Positions 24,013 through 36,725 of a stretch of DNA of 64,000 nucleotides are shown in pieces. A program made the translations under genes and the position numbers. Numbering within the stretch: the stretch's first letter is position 1; each line of letters starts with the position of its first letter. Source of the stretch: Podarcis erhardii (lineage: Eukaryota). Under the pieces are notes generated by a model. That model saw nothing but the letters and a program-made list of their open reading frames with translations, did not search any database and was not told the origin of the DNA. Location of the stretch: the NCBI GenBank assembly GCA_964252035.1, contig OZ176209.1; one strand, given 5' to 3'.

Positions 24013-26279
24013 TGTGTCTGAAGTGCACCTTGCTGACTGTCGCTGCCTTCCTATTGTTACAGCCTTCAACTGGATTCAAGCAGGTGAACAGGATGTGACC
24101 CACACTTGCTAAATTAATGACTAACTACCTCCTGTTATACACACAAATTCTTGCCTACATGGAAATCGCGTAGTGTGGAGTTGACTTTTGTATGGCTTCC
24201 CAAAATCATTGTTAAGCTTATTATTTATCATATTATTGTAGAGAGGAAAACAATGTTTGAAGTAATCCATAGGTTCAGGGATTTTTCTACACCTGTGCTG
24301 AGGATGACCAAGGTGTTCGTGCTGTGTGATGGACCACCTGTGTCTCTGGAAATGTCTAGGTGTATAATTATGCTAGATTCTAAATACAACTGCAAACGTT
24401 CTCCATGTTATTTGATGTGATCCCATCTAAAAGACATAGTTTATCTGAAGCAGCGCGTCCTCTGCTAAAGGAGCATTCTGTTCAATACAGAAGAGCTTTT
24501 GAAGGATAAAGAGGACTTAAGCTGAAGAGAGGATCAGCTTTATAGAGACTATGGTGCATCTGGAAGGCAAGGTACAAAGACTCATCCTCAAAGGCCATTT
24601 GGTGCCCCTCTGAGGCTATTCTAACCTGAAACATATAAGCAGTCATTGCACATGACTCTAAGCTCCATGGGGACTCCAGTGGGGTCATAAGCCCCACAGG
24701 CCAACTGAGTTGGGGAATGCTTTGTACATTCACTGGGGGCTCTTAATTTTCAGGACAGCAGACCGAGCTGCAGTAGAGGTGTCAATGCACTCCTAACCAC
24801 AAAATATAATCAGCTTGCTCCTACAATTCCATAGCTCCATATGTGCACCATGCACACTGGAGCTCCAGTATTTTGGCATCTAAAGCCTTTTACAATTCAA
24901 AGCCCATCTTTTACAATGGCGAGAGCTATAAAAAACTGGAACTTTTTAAAAAAGAAAGCTGGGATTCTTGATGGAGAAACCGGAGCCGCTGGTGGAAGCT
25001 AAATCCCTACACATTTTCTGTGCAATCACAGCCGTGTAGCTCTGTGGCAAACCATCTAATGGCCTTTTTTTCACTTTTAAGCAATATCTGTACTACGATT
25101 CAGTCAGTAAGCACTTTTTCGATGGGTTATGGTGTTTTCTTCATAGTGCTGACCACTGTTAAGTAAGTAGATTCCAAGCCCCCAGGTTGTATAGAAACTG
25201 CTTTTGAGAGTACAATGCCCGCTGTGTTTTCTCCTTGTAGTGTCCAGAAACCTTTTTGAAGTTTACTTTCCTTTTAAAGTGCAGCCAAGTCTGCCGCAGC
25301 TAAGTGGGACACCAGCCAGGGCAATGCTAATGAGGCAAATTGACATTTAGCAAAGGATTTGTTGTTGCTGTCAGCCTGCTGTATCCATACAATGGAAACA
25401 ACGCATGAGTCATCATTACCCATAACTGCATTGTATCACATTTCAGATCAATATTCAAGACATTAAAAGGCCAATAATGTTACAACAAATGAGCCGGAGA
25501 GAGAACTGAAATGCCACGGTTAGCCTGCTCCCCGCCCCCCGCCCTCCTGTCCCCTCCTCTCCTTCAGTAAGTGGTTGCTTATTCAAATGCTAAATTGTTT
25601 TTCATGCTTCAGAAAAAAATGGGCCTGATCAGGAGATGTCTTTTTATTTTTTATTTTAGCATTGACGCCCACCCTTCATCACAAATTCACAGGGTGAGGC
25701 TGTAGGGTTTACACCATAATCCAAGACACACAATTAAGTAACACCAGAAATATATAGCACAATCCAACTTGTTAAAATCAACATTTCATTCATTCTTTGG
25801 GCTGGTGGCTCACTGAGAGTGGCAGGTCAGAAGGCAGGGAGACCGACAGCAGGGGGAGCCAAAGTCAATGGCGGGCAAAGGCAAGTCATTCATTTTCTGT
25901 CTCCATTCTCGTCCCTGCTGAGTTCTGCAAGGCTCAATGCTGAGGAGGGAGCAGAGAAGCAGTGCCACACATTGGACTGATTGTAAGCAGGAAGACAGGC
26001 AGGTGAGGGCTGACTGGGGGCAGATTGAGGCAGGTGGGGCAGTGCCCCTTTCACCAAAATTAACTGGTCTCCACTGCATCCATTTCAAAATACCTCACCT
26101 ACTTCAGTGTTAAGCAGCCCATGTTCTTCTATATTGTAGGGTTGTTGTTTTTTAATAATAATAATAATAAAGATAGATAAGATCCCAGTTTATTTCCCAA
26201 ATACTTCTTCTGCATTTGGGGAACTCGGTAAATTATATTTCAGTTTTAATGGTAGATTCCAGCCCTAAGATTACAGAAT

Positions 26280-26541
26280 GAAGAAGAAGAAGAAGAGGAG
26301 GAGGAGGAGTTTGGATTTGATATCCTGCTTTATCACTACCCAAAGGAGTCTCAAAGTGGCTAACATTCTCCTTTCCTTTCCTCCCCCACAACAAACACTC
26401 TGTGAGGTGAGTGAGGCTGAGAGACTTCAGAGAAGTGTGACTAGCCCAAGGTCACCCTGCAGCTGCATGTGGAGGAACGGAGACGCGAAGCCAGTTCACC
26501 AGATTACGAGTCTACCGCTCTTAACCACTCTACCACCCTGG
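26280..26541 (-). mobile_element. Squam3-like (MIR/Ther1-related) SINE
   Basis: tRNA head (gtggttaagagcggtagactcgtaatctgg), core ggtgaccttgggctagtcac, and (CTT/CCT)n tail; homologous to 32760-32995 and 60158-60402. Confidence 0.85.
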
Positions 26542-27544
26542 AAAAGATAGTGATGTGTTTTTTTGCTGTAGCCATCAAAACTAGGCCTCAATTATTAAAG
26601 GGAAGATGAGTTCAGAGAGTCGAAATTGTCTTTTTAAAAAACTATTTCTGATTTTTGTTGCGCCATTATTTTAAAAAGGACAATCTGTGTGCGTTTTGAT
26701 ATGTTTTAACTGTTGAGTTGTTAATTCAGTGGGGTGACTAAGTTCTGATCCACGCACAAGTCCATTTTATATAGTAATTCACAAAGATCCTTACTTGGGA
26801 GGAGGGCTCAAGGAAATAAAGACTATGCAAGAAGCATAGGGTTGCCTTTGCTCCTGCTGGTCAGCAGGTGAGGACAATGTAAGTTGCATTTATCTCTAGT
26901 ACAAAATGCTGAACATTTGATGCACTGTGGAAGTTTTGCAAGGCCACATGCATAGTCACCCAAAAAGTCTCCACCAGAGCCTGTCCTTTGACCAACAGCA
27001 CTCTCTACCATTAAGTGGAAGTCCTGTCTATTTGTGGGGTCGAGAGGCACCTCGTCTTTGCTTTTTGTGTTCTGTTTCTTTCTCAATATTCCTTTGATGC
27101 TGATAAAAGCTGCTACTTTCCATGGCCAATCGAATAAACTTTCATCTACTGTGTGCCAGTTCCATTCACTCCATTCCTCCTTTGATCTAAAGTAGGATCT
27201 CTTTCTGTTTTGCTCTCCTCTATTGTATGTGTTTTAAAAATGTTTTGATAATACCAAATCTCAAGGACAGGAAGATGTGTGTGTGTTTGTGTGTATTTAA
27301 AAATGGGGGGTGTTTCACATCTCTGTATTGTCACATAATACTAATAACTGAGCTGGCTGGTGCACCATCATTAAAATCTCATTTCTCTCTTGATGAATAA
27401 TAGGGTCAACAGGATGGTTGCTTTTAATGAACAGAGAGAAAGGGCAGGCACAAAAAATATTTATATATGACTGATTAGAAAAATGTTGGCACTGCTAAGC
27501 ATTTAATGGAGCATTGTCAGACATTTCAAATCACTGGATTATCT

Positions 27545-27740
27545 TATGGGAACAGAGGGCAGGACCCGAACAATGGATTCAAATTTCAAGAAAGGATGTT
27601 CCTGAATAAACACTAAGAAGAACTTTCTGGGGGTAAGAGCTGTTTGACAGTGAAATGGACTACCTTGGAAGGTGATGGACTCTCCTTCATGGGAGGTTTT
27701 TAAACAGAAGTTGAATGACCATCTGTCAGGGAGTTGAATT
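27545..27740 (+). mobile_element. CR1 LINE 3' fragment
   Basis: aagaagaactttctg...ggactctccttcatgggaggtttttaaacagaagttgaatgaccatctgtcaggg is a typical CR1 RT C-terminal segment. Confidence 0.75.
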
Positions 27741-30700
27741 AGATGTTAAAGTTAAAAGTTTAATGTGCATATAATGTAATGTTTATAAGCAGTGAAGTTA
27801 ATATTTTTTGCAAAGGTTTGTATTTGCAAAGCAAAGAAGTTAGCCTCAGTCAAGAGGTTTCACTCTAGGTGAAAGCGGAAGGCTGGTGTTTTTCCATTTC
27901 ACACGGTTAAGCTATCTGATGACTTATCACCAGAAACTGAGCTGCATATCTTTCACAATGGGAGAGGAAACTCGAGAAGTCAGTGATGGCTAGTAGTTGC
28001 AGCAACAGATGAAACTAAACTCTGCAATCCTGAATAAGCTTAGGATCTCACTCTGGGACCAGAGAAAGTTTTCTGAACTGCATAAGGCACTTAAAGGACT
28101 GAACCACATTGCCTGCTACTTGAGTGCAATGTGTTACTTTGTTTCTTGGTAACTTTTATCTTTTGTAAGTGGAAAGCTCATTTATTTCTACACAAGTCCC
28201 AGATTATGGCTTCTACTGAACAACTCTTACCCTGGAATCCCTTTCAGCTCTACAATCCTATAGTTATATGATCCTATGAGTAACCTGAGAACTATTCCAT
28301 ACTGTTGCAGGTGCCTCTTGAACCTCTGAATATGAAATACTCTGGACAAACAATAAGCAGAAGGCTGTTGCCTTCGTGCCCTGCCTTTGAGAAGCTTCCA
28401 GTTGGCTATTGTTTGAAACTGAATGCTGAACCAGCCACGTCTGATCTAGAAAGGCACTCTCCTCCCCCGCCCCTCGCTACATTTGTATGCTCTCATGCAC
28501 TCTTAGACTGGCTTTGGGCAAGTCATTAACTCATAACCTCATTTCCCCTGTATTAATAAAAAAAACCCCAAAACCCCCAGCCCACAGGGTTATAATGAAG
28601 ATGAATGCAATAATTATTACATCTAAAGAGAGATGTAAAAGAAGAGATTAATATTCATGGCCAGGATCATTCATTGGCAAAATGGCACCCTAAAGCATCC
28701 CCCTAGGGTCTGAAATCTATACCCCCTTTATTCCCTTTGAATGGAGTGGGATGCAGGGGGGATGTAAGCCTCTCTAGATGATTAGAAATGACTTTGGCTT
28801 TTCAAAACAACGCTGGATGTTTCCCTTACACCAAGGATTGATTTTTTTGACTTGAGGGCTATATTCATCCATAACTCAGCCTCTGGGAGCCGCAAGCAAG
28901 CATTGGGCATGGCCACTTCACACTCCCATGCACACACAAACAGAGGACACTCACACAGTCCCTCTTCCAAAGCTGATCTGTGAAGCTCAGTTTATCTCCC
29001 TCTGTGCTCATTAGATGGGGGTGGGGTGGGATAATGTGTCTCCTCATCAGGGCAATGAGTTTTGCAGATCTTCTCCCTATCTCAGCATTGCATCTACTTT
29101 TATTTCCCACCCTGCTTTTTTTACTCCCACAACCAAAATTTGTGGGGCCTGGAAGAGTGAGGGAGATACATTTGCTTAGGGGGCTGATCAGAGTCTCTAA
29201 ACCAAGTTCCAGTACCAAGTTAGTGTATGGCCATTTCCACAATTCAAAGGCACAAACCCTGAAGCCTTAATTAAAGCCATTCCCTCCCAGGTTACAATAA
29301 ATGGAGTTACTTGCTTATAATGGTACAAGAAATATTTGTGCTGAAATAAAGAAATTTATTTGTTGGCACTTCCAGAAATGTTTTCTTTGCCTCTTTGAGG
29401 AGGGTGTAAAAAATAGTCTTTTTAAAAAAGGAACTTGAAATGTATCAACATTTTCGTCCTTTATTCTTAAGCAGCTTGAGGTTCTCTGGGAAATTTGCAG
29501 AGCAGGACAGCGAGTGGGGCAGGCTGGAGAGATAGGGCCAAATGCAAATTTTACAAAGCCCCAAGGGGTGGGGGAGAAAAGAAAAGATGTTAATGCAATT
29601 ACTGCTGATAAAATTCTGTGTGTGGGAGAGAAATTAGCACATAATCTCTGTATCCTTCATTACAAGCATGCTAATTACACAACAAAGTTATCCCTTTCTA
29701 ATGAAAGGACTGGGGGTGGGGGAATTAAGAAGAGCTGCGCTATTTAATTCAGAAAATGCATACTAAGGGAGGGTGGGCAAAAATGTGATCTGATGTCAAT
29801 GTAAATCAGGAAGAAAGCCTCAGTAATTCGGCTAATTCAGCCCAAGTTTACATTGCTGCAGAGGTGGGAAAACTTTTTGGCTCCCATGGGCCAATTCTGA
29901 AAGGTGGGCGGGACAACCCACCTGTCACATGGCATGATTATGACACATGGTCACGTCAAAATAACTTACATAGAATTCCCAAGTGGCCAATAGTCAGCTT
30001 GCTGTCTGGTACTTGTAAACCACATTGCAAGGTGACTTGCCAGCCCTGCACTTGGCATGTGGAAAGCACTGAGCATAGTGTGGGATATCTAACCTCATAT
30101 AACCAATATGCTTAACTCTAATTAATGCAAGAAGGGGTTAAGACCATAGAGTAAGTTGTCCTGCTAGGCTTAGCTACATCAATCCCCATCACCTTGGGGA
30201 AAAGGGTTACCAAACGATCAAACTGCTCCAAACTTAGACTGTGTGGTCTAAGCAAACCATCATTATGTTTCTATAGAAATCATTTAGAAACATTTACCAT
30301 TTTGGAATCTAAGTTATACTATCTGCTCTTCTTGCTGCTGTATGGAAAAGCACATGAATCTGACCTTTGAAGAGTTTGTAAGTAAACCTTTTTAACTTAA
30401 TACATATGTGGTCTTTTCCTATGCTAAGGGAAGTGGGGAACTTTGAAAGCAACGTAGAAGGGGATATTTTAAAGTTTTAACAGTCTATTTTCCACACTTT
30501 GCTTTGCTGTATATTCTGTGATTTAAAATCTCTGTGGCGGCTCTCTCAACAATGAGTACTTGCTCCAAACCTGGATCTTAGACACCCTGGGAATTCTCCA
30601 TCTTTCATTATACCATATATATTATTATTTTCCTTCTACCAAACCAAACAAAAACCAACACATAGGGCTGTCAAAGCGCTTCTTTCTCCCCTCAACATCA

Positions 30701-31491
30701 CTTGATGCAGAAGGGAGAAAGCAGCATTTTGACAATCCTATGATCTGTGCTTCCCAAAGTGGTATATAACTGAAAGATGAAGTTCTGGGAAAACACACAG
30801 TGCCTTCAAATGCAGTAGCGTAATCTAAGGGGATATTAACTAAGGATGGCATTTTCTGAAAAATCTTGAGCTTATCTGCACAGATTTTTTTCTACTCCCT
30901 TCTCCTTGTTCTCAAAAAGTTGTGAAGTTTCATTCTTTTTACCAGTTCCTCTAAAAATATGAAACATTCTCACATAATAGGCATTAATAGACACATTATT
31001 TTACATATATTATAATATGCATTTTATATGTGTTTAAACTCCAGATCTCCTAAAATAACCAGCACATAAAGAAAGGCATACAACCATACATAGAACTGTG
31101 TAAAAATACATACAGTATGTATTAATAGTTTTTAAATTATGCTGCAGAAATATAGTGCCACGTGAGGATAGACATCTTATATGCATTTGTATAATGCATG
31201 TATCTTTATCCTATAATTCATGGGATCCATGAATATTTGGCATCCATCTGTCTTGGGAGACAATGGAGGAGTGTGCCTTTGAGGGTGAGGTCAAGCTGTT
31301 GTATGGTTGCAGTGCCTGCTGTGGCTGTAGAGACCGATGTAGGAGAGACATGTTTTATTGTAGCTGGGGCAGATGAAGCCATCCAGTTGTGTGCCACAGA
31401 TGCACCATGGTATTTCCTCTCTCTGCACTCCTCCCAGCAGTCATTTCTCCTCTGGTCACTGCTATGGATACACAACTTAACTGCCTGTTAC

Positions 31492-32093
31492 CAGTGGCAG
31501 AGCAAGCCAATTGGGCGCCTGGAGTGGCGCGTGTGCCCAGTACCCAGGGCCAGGGTGAGCCACCCACGGGGCAGGGCGAGCCGGGGCAGGACGCTCTGTG
31601 GGGCCTCCGAGGAGTCTGCCTGCCTCCTCCCACTCAGCCACCCTACAGCTGAGGGAAAGGCAGCGGGCAGTGTTGGGAGTCATTCTGCACAGAAGCAGTA
31701 AATATGTTTGTACCTTTAATAAGCTCTGGGCTGATTGGGTACAGCTGGCCATGACTACAAAAGGAGAAAAGCTGCAGTTTGAACTTTGCCTGCAGGAAAA
31801 ACACCCACAAGCTTTGCTGTTTGTTGTTTTGTAATAAAACCTTTATTTAATTTGGTTTTACACCAGTCTCATGGTGTCACAGTCTCTGTCATCTGCCACC
31901 AGTGAAAACCCCCCCTCTAACAGGCAGACCATTTTGGGCAGCGTGCAGCCTACGGGCACTCAAGCCACCGTGTCACTCCCAGGAGAGACGTGTGGCTCGG
32001 GTGCGCTGCAGGCCCTGCAGTGAGTGCCACCTGACATTTTGTCATCCCCTCAGTGGTGACGCCCGGGGCGGACCGCCCCCACCACACCCCCTT
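31492..32093. mobile_element. GC-rich hAT-type MITE interrupted by a solo LTR
   Basis: Left TIR cagtggcagagc; candidate 8-bp TSD cctgttac (31484-31491) / cctgtcac (32094-32101); right TIR appears lost. Confidence 0.6.
31671..31922 (+). mobile_element. Solo LTR 'C' (252 bp)
   Basis: tgtt...aaca termini; 5-bp TSD ggcag at 31666-31670 and 31923-31927; AATAAA at 31833-31838. Confidence 0.85.
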
Positions 32094-32723
32094 CCTGTCA
32101 CAGCTTGACTACAGTGTGGTCGTCTGTAAGGGATTCCTGCATGGCAGGGGTGATGTTGTCAGTCTTCATATCACATATGCAGACATCTTTGTAATGCAAA
32201 GTTGGGCTGCCAGTTGGCCTGGTGCCAGAAGCCCCCCCCCCATCATATAATACACAAGCAACTCAGAAATAAGTGGGTGCTTGATGCAGGAGGCGGTCTG
32301 AGCTGGGCAAAACTTGATAGGGTTGGAAATTCCATGTGTAAATCAGTTTAGAATGAATCCCTCCTCCATTCCTAACCAATTCGTCATGATGGGGTGGGGT
32401 TGGGGAGATGAAAGGGCTGAGAGTGCCTATCTTCATTCACACTGGCCTCTTCACTGCATACAATCTAGGGGCCATAAGTTGTATTGGACATGCTTCTCTG
32501 ATGTCAAAGAGGAAGATCCGATGAAGAATTGTGATTCCTCACTGTCAGTGAAGCCTCTGATGTCCTGGCTGAATCAATATGGGAGCTCTAATGTCAGTAA
32601 TAGCAGGGTCAGATCTAGACACATCAAAGAAGCATTTCAGTTTAAAGCATTGTAAATTTAAACAGGGAAAACAGGTAGAGAAAAACAGGACTCCACATCA
32701 CCATCTGGTGGCACAATGTTATA

Positions 32724-33182
32724 CAGTGGTACCTCGGGTTACATACGCTTCAGGTTACATAGAAGAGTTTGGATTTGATACCCCACTTTATCCCTACCTG
32801 AAGGAGTCTCAAAGCAGCTAACACTCTCCTTTCCCTTCCTCCCCCCAAAACAAACACTCTGTGAGGTGAGTGGGGCTGAGAGACTTCAGAGAAGTGTTAC
32901 TAGCCCAAGGTCACCCAGCAGCTGCATGCGGAGGAGCGGAGACGCGAACCCAGTTCCCCAGATTACGAGTCTACCGCTTTTAACCATTACATCACACATA
33001 CGCTTCAGGTTACAGACTCCGCTAACCCAGAAATAATACCTCGGGTTAAGAACTTTGCTTCAGGATGAAATCGCACGATGGCAGCGGGAGGCCCCATTAG
33101 TTAAAGTGGTGCTTCAGGATAAGAACAGTTTCAGGTTAAGAACAGACCTCCGAAACGAATTAATTAACCAGAGGTACCACTG
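32724..33182. mobile_element. Tigger-like MITE (opposite orientation to 18872-19096) split by a SINE
   Basis: Same TIR and internal sequence as 18872-19096; TA on the left, TG on the right. Confidence 0.88.
32760..32995 (-). mobile_element. Squam3-like SINE nested in the MITE
   Basis: Perfect 19-bp TSD acatacgcttcaggttaca at 32741-32759 and 32996-33014. Confidence 0.9.
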
Positions 33183-33320
33183 TGTCGCATATACAATGCA
33201 TATAAATCACTTTTTCTTTACCAGTCTAGCTGATTCCCAAAAGGAGGGTGTTTCAGTGGCATTGGGGGGTATGGCATGGTGTGTCTGTGTGGAGTGGGGT
33301 GGGGAGGACCAAGCTTCGGC

Positions 33321-33670
33321 AGGGCTGTAGCTCAGTAGTAGAGCATCTGACTTACATGCTGAAAATCCCAGGTTCAATTCCCAGCATCTCCAATTAGGGT
33401 AGGGTGAGACCCCTGCCTGAAACTTTGGGAGCCACTGTCAGTCAGGAGTGCCAGCTTGGCCCCGCAACCGTGCATGCCCAGGGCCATGGGTGCCATGCAG
33501 CATGCATGTCCCTGGCACTGAAATTTGTGGGTGCCTGGCCCTTTCACTGGGAATTTTGTGGGTGCTCGGGCACCCAGGGTCCCAGGGAGTTGGCACTTAC
33601 CCTGTCAGTCACTGTAGGTGTTCCTGAGCTAAATGGACGAATGGCTTGACTTAGTATGAGGCAGCTTCTT
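33321..33670 (+). mobile_element. tRNA-derived SINE with a ~160-bp MITE-like insertion (~33442-33600)
   Basis: A box gctgtagctcagtagtagagc and B box aggttcaattcc; body resumes at ctgtcagtca (33602). Degraded relatives at ~12700-12790, 39385-39630, 57936-58066, 63400-63525. Confidence 0.7.
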
Positions 33671-36387
33671 AACAGTTGAGATCTGAAGGATCCAAAGTCA
33701 CTCCAGTCCCCTGGCAGGAGGGAAAAATGTAGATGTGCTTCTGAGCATGTCTAATTCCATGAGAACAACAGCCTCAAAAAGAATTAAAACCAGGAAATGG
33801 ATGGAGGAATACAAGAGCATTCTTTCACCCTGACTTCTGCCCTGCCAACTTGAGTCTGGCAGAGCTTCGGCTATTGCCTATGGTCCCCCTGCCCTTTGCT
33901 GAGAATCACAGCCTTAATGTACAACCAGGAGAGAAAGTTTGCTTGCTTGTTCCATTCTTTCCTTTCTTGCAGCAGAGTCTAAGAAGGCTTTGTTGGCTCG
34001 TCATGCTGTACAGCTGTGGGTACCCTTCTGTCAATTAGAAACCAGAAGTAATTACTATCCAGACGAGCATGCTTCAATGTTTTGCTAGTGATGTATAGAA
34101 AGCTCGCCAGTGGATCTTTTGGTCTGATACAAATTAGGTCTCTAATTAGGCTGCTGCAACAAAAGACAGGTCTCCTTCCAGCTGACCTGTTTACCAAGGC
34201 ATGGAAATTAGAGCTGCAAATGGCTAAGAAATAGCATCCTCCCATCTCCTTGATGAATTCGTAAGGCAGCAGCAGCAGCATGGCGGCTCTGCCATCTGAC
34301 ACAGCAGCCCTCTGGCTGCTTCTCCAATAGGGAAAGGTCCTATTTTGCTAGTCACATGTCCTCGCTGTCCACAGTTTTATTGCAACAACCATGGTTCTGC
34401 AATAAGAGCCTTCCTGAAAATAATGAACTCCATCCCAACAAAGTGGACTTCCTATGGTTTAAGGCAAGAGGTGGGAAATCACTCTCCTGCTGTCTGCTTT
34501 TAAATGAAGAAGGTTGCTTTGCTTTCAAGTACCAAGGCCAGCCTGTTAAGTGATCTGCACTTTTCTTTGTCTGCCCACCGAAAGATGTGCTAAATCCCTT
34601 CCCCACTCACTCCAGCTGGACAGCCTTAAATGGGACAAAGCTGCCAAGTGCCAGGGTCACTCCATCCCATATCCCCTCTAACTGAATAGCAGGGAGATGT
34701 GGCTGGGGAAACGATCCATCCCAATCAAGCCATCCCAGGATCGTCACTGTGTCATGCAGACAAATGCTAATTTGGCAGAAAGACAATGATGGCTGGTGCC
34801 CATCGAGAAGCAGAAAGCAGGGAAGTGGAGCCAGAGCCAATTACAGGTGGAGACAACTTATTCTGGTTCTGTCCCCATCTTCGTCCCTGTTGAATTCAAC
34901 AAAGGCAACACTGAGGCTAAGAAGGGGGAAACTGACAGGTGGTGCCACCCCTGGACTGAATTTATGTAGGTGGGGGCTGGCTGAAGACAGACTGAGACTG
35001 GTGGGAAAGTTCTCCAGTTGCACTAATGAACCAGTCTTCCCTGCAGATAATGAACCAATCTTTCCCTTCTCTGAAGGCACTAAACTTAGATTATGCCTTC
35101 ATAAACCACATTGAGATTGTCTTGGTATTAAGTGGTATGAAACAAACAAATAAACCTGCACTGTGAACCTTCCACTGGTGACCAACATGTGAAATCAAAT
35201 TCACCAAAATGCAGTTATCCAACCCTCCAGCCCTGTGGTGTGGAATAGCCAAAAAAGATGCTCCCTTTGTTCAGTTATGGAAACGGCCCTACAAATTCTG
35301 ATTCAGATCCCATTGGTAACTGGCTAACCCTACACTGTTGGATACATGGAGAAGGGTGGACTTGTCAATGCCACTAAACACTTCAGGGGAAGGATGGCAC
35401 AAACTTTTTGAGGGAAGCCCCCTGTTCCCTCCTGATTGGCCATGAGTTCCTGCTGCACAGCCAGAGTGTGAGTCTCCTGCCTGGGGCAAATGCTCATGTC
35501 TTATATGTCTATGGACTTACGTTGGCTTTTCTCCATGCAAGATCCTTACCAAGGACGGTTTCTGGCCCCTGGCCCTGCCTTGGCCTTTAGAGGATGCCTT
35601 GTTAAATTTTGTGGTATGATTTGCTAGAGTTGTTCAGTCAGTCATCCATTCATGTTTATTACAGTCAACAGAGCAGAGATAAAAACAAGTTATACAACCA
35701 ATGAGTTTCGTTAAGTTTGTTAGTGTGACTGGCTAGAATTGTTGCTCTTCCTGTTTCAGCTCCATTCCTCAGGATCTCTAGAAGTTAAAACATGGAGGAA
35801 GGAGTGGTTGACTCTTAACCTGAAGGAAAGATTGTGGTACCTGTGAACCTCCAGAGGTTGCTGGACTACAGTTCTCATCACACTTATACAACAGCTGTGC
35901 CGGCTGAGACTGATGGAAGTTGGAGTCCAACAACATCTGGAGAATCACAGGTTATGAGCATACTGTACCCTGTTCTACAGCATACTCATAAATACAAAGC
36001 ACCAGGTTTTGGATGGCTTGCCATTTCAAAATCTGCAGCTGTTAAAGTATATTTTGACCAGCCTTCACTAACCTGGTGCCCTCCAAAATTGTTTGGGGCT
36101 ACAACTCACATCAGCCCCAGGCAGCACCAGATGAACACCAGGATACTACTGTAGTACGTCATTGGAGTAGTGGTGGCTCAGTGCTGCTGATCAGCATTTG
36201 AGGGTAACAAAACCTGCCTCTTTTTTCATCTGTGAAATTCTTATTTCAGCAACTAATCACAGGATTTCGTATAAATTTCTTACACATTTTACATTAGTTT
36301 GGCATGCATTCAGTCATAGGCTGTTTGCACACATTTTTCCTCAAGTACATATTTTATATGCATTTGCCTCCAAATACATATTTGTGT

Positions 36388-36725
36388 GGGTGGCGCTGTG
36401 GGTTAAACCACAGAGCCTAGGACTTGCTGATCAGAAGGTCAGCAGTTTGAATCCCCACGACGGGGTGAGCTCCCGTTGCTTGGTCCCAGCTCCTGCCAAC
36501 CTAGCAGTTTGAAAGCACGTCAAAGTGCAAGTAGATAAATAGGTACCGCTCCAGCGGGAAGGTAAACAGTGTTTCCGTGCGCTGCTCTGGTTTGCCAGAA
36601 GCGGCTTAGTCATGCTGGCAACATGACCCAGAAGCTGTACGCCGGCTCCCTCGGCCAATAAAGCGAGATGAGCACTGCAACCCCAGAGTCGGCCACGACT
36701 GGACCTAATGGTTAGGGGTCCCTTT
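36388..36725 (+). mobile_element. Sauria SINE, near full length
   Basis: Matches the other copies; TSD tac(a/-)atatttgtgt-like with one mismatch (tacatatttgtgt / tacacatttgtgt). Confidence 0.92.

Noticed and set aside
30130-30482. LTR-like segment (agtaaa signal, ends ttttaaca)
   Set aside because: I could not find a matching TG start with a TSD, so it is left uncalled.
31198-31701. 167-aa ORF
   Set aside because: It crosses into a GC-rich hAT MITE and LTR C; a compositional ORF.
33321-33392. tRNA-like sequence (similar heads at 14049, 40349, 60166)
   Set aside because: These are SINE heads followed by SINE bodies, with no complete cloverleaf or acceptor stem.
33945-34088. Strong-looking acceptor (ttctttcctttcttgcag at 33972) followed by AESKKALLARHAVQLW...
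   Set aside because: There is no good donor and I do not recognise the peptide; it cannot be supported without RNA or conservation data.
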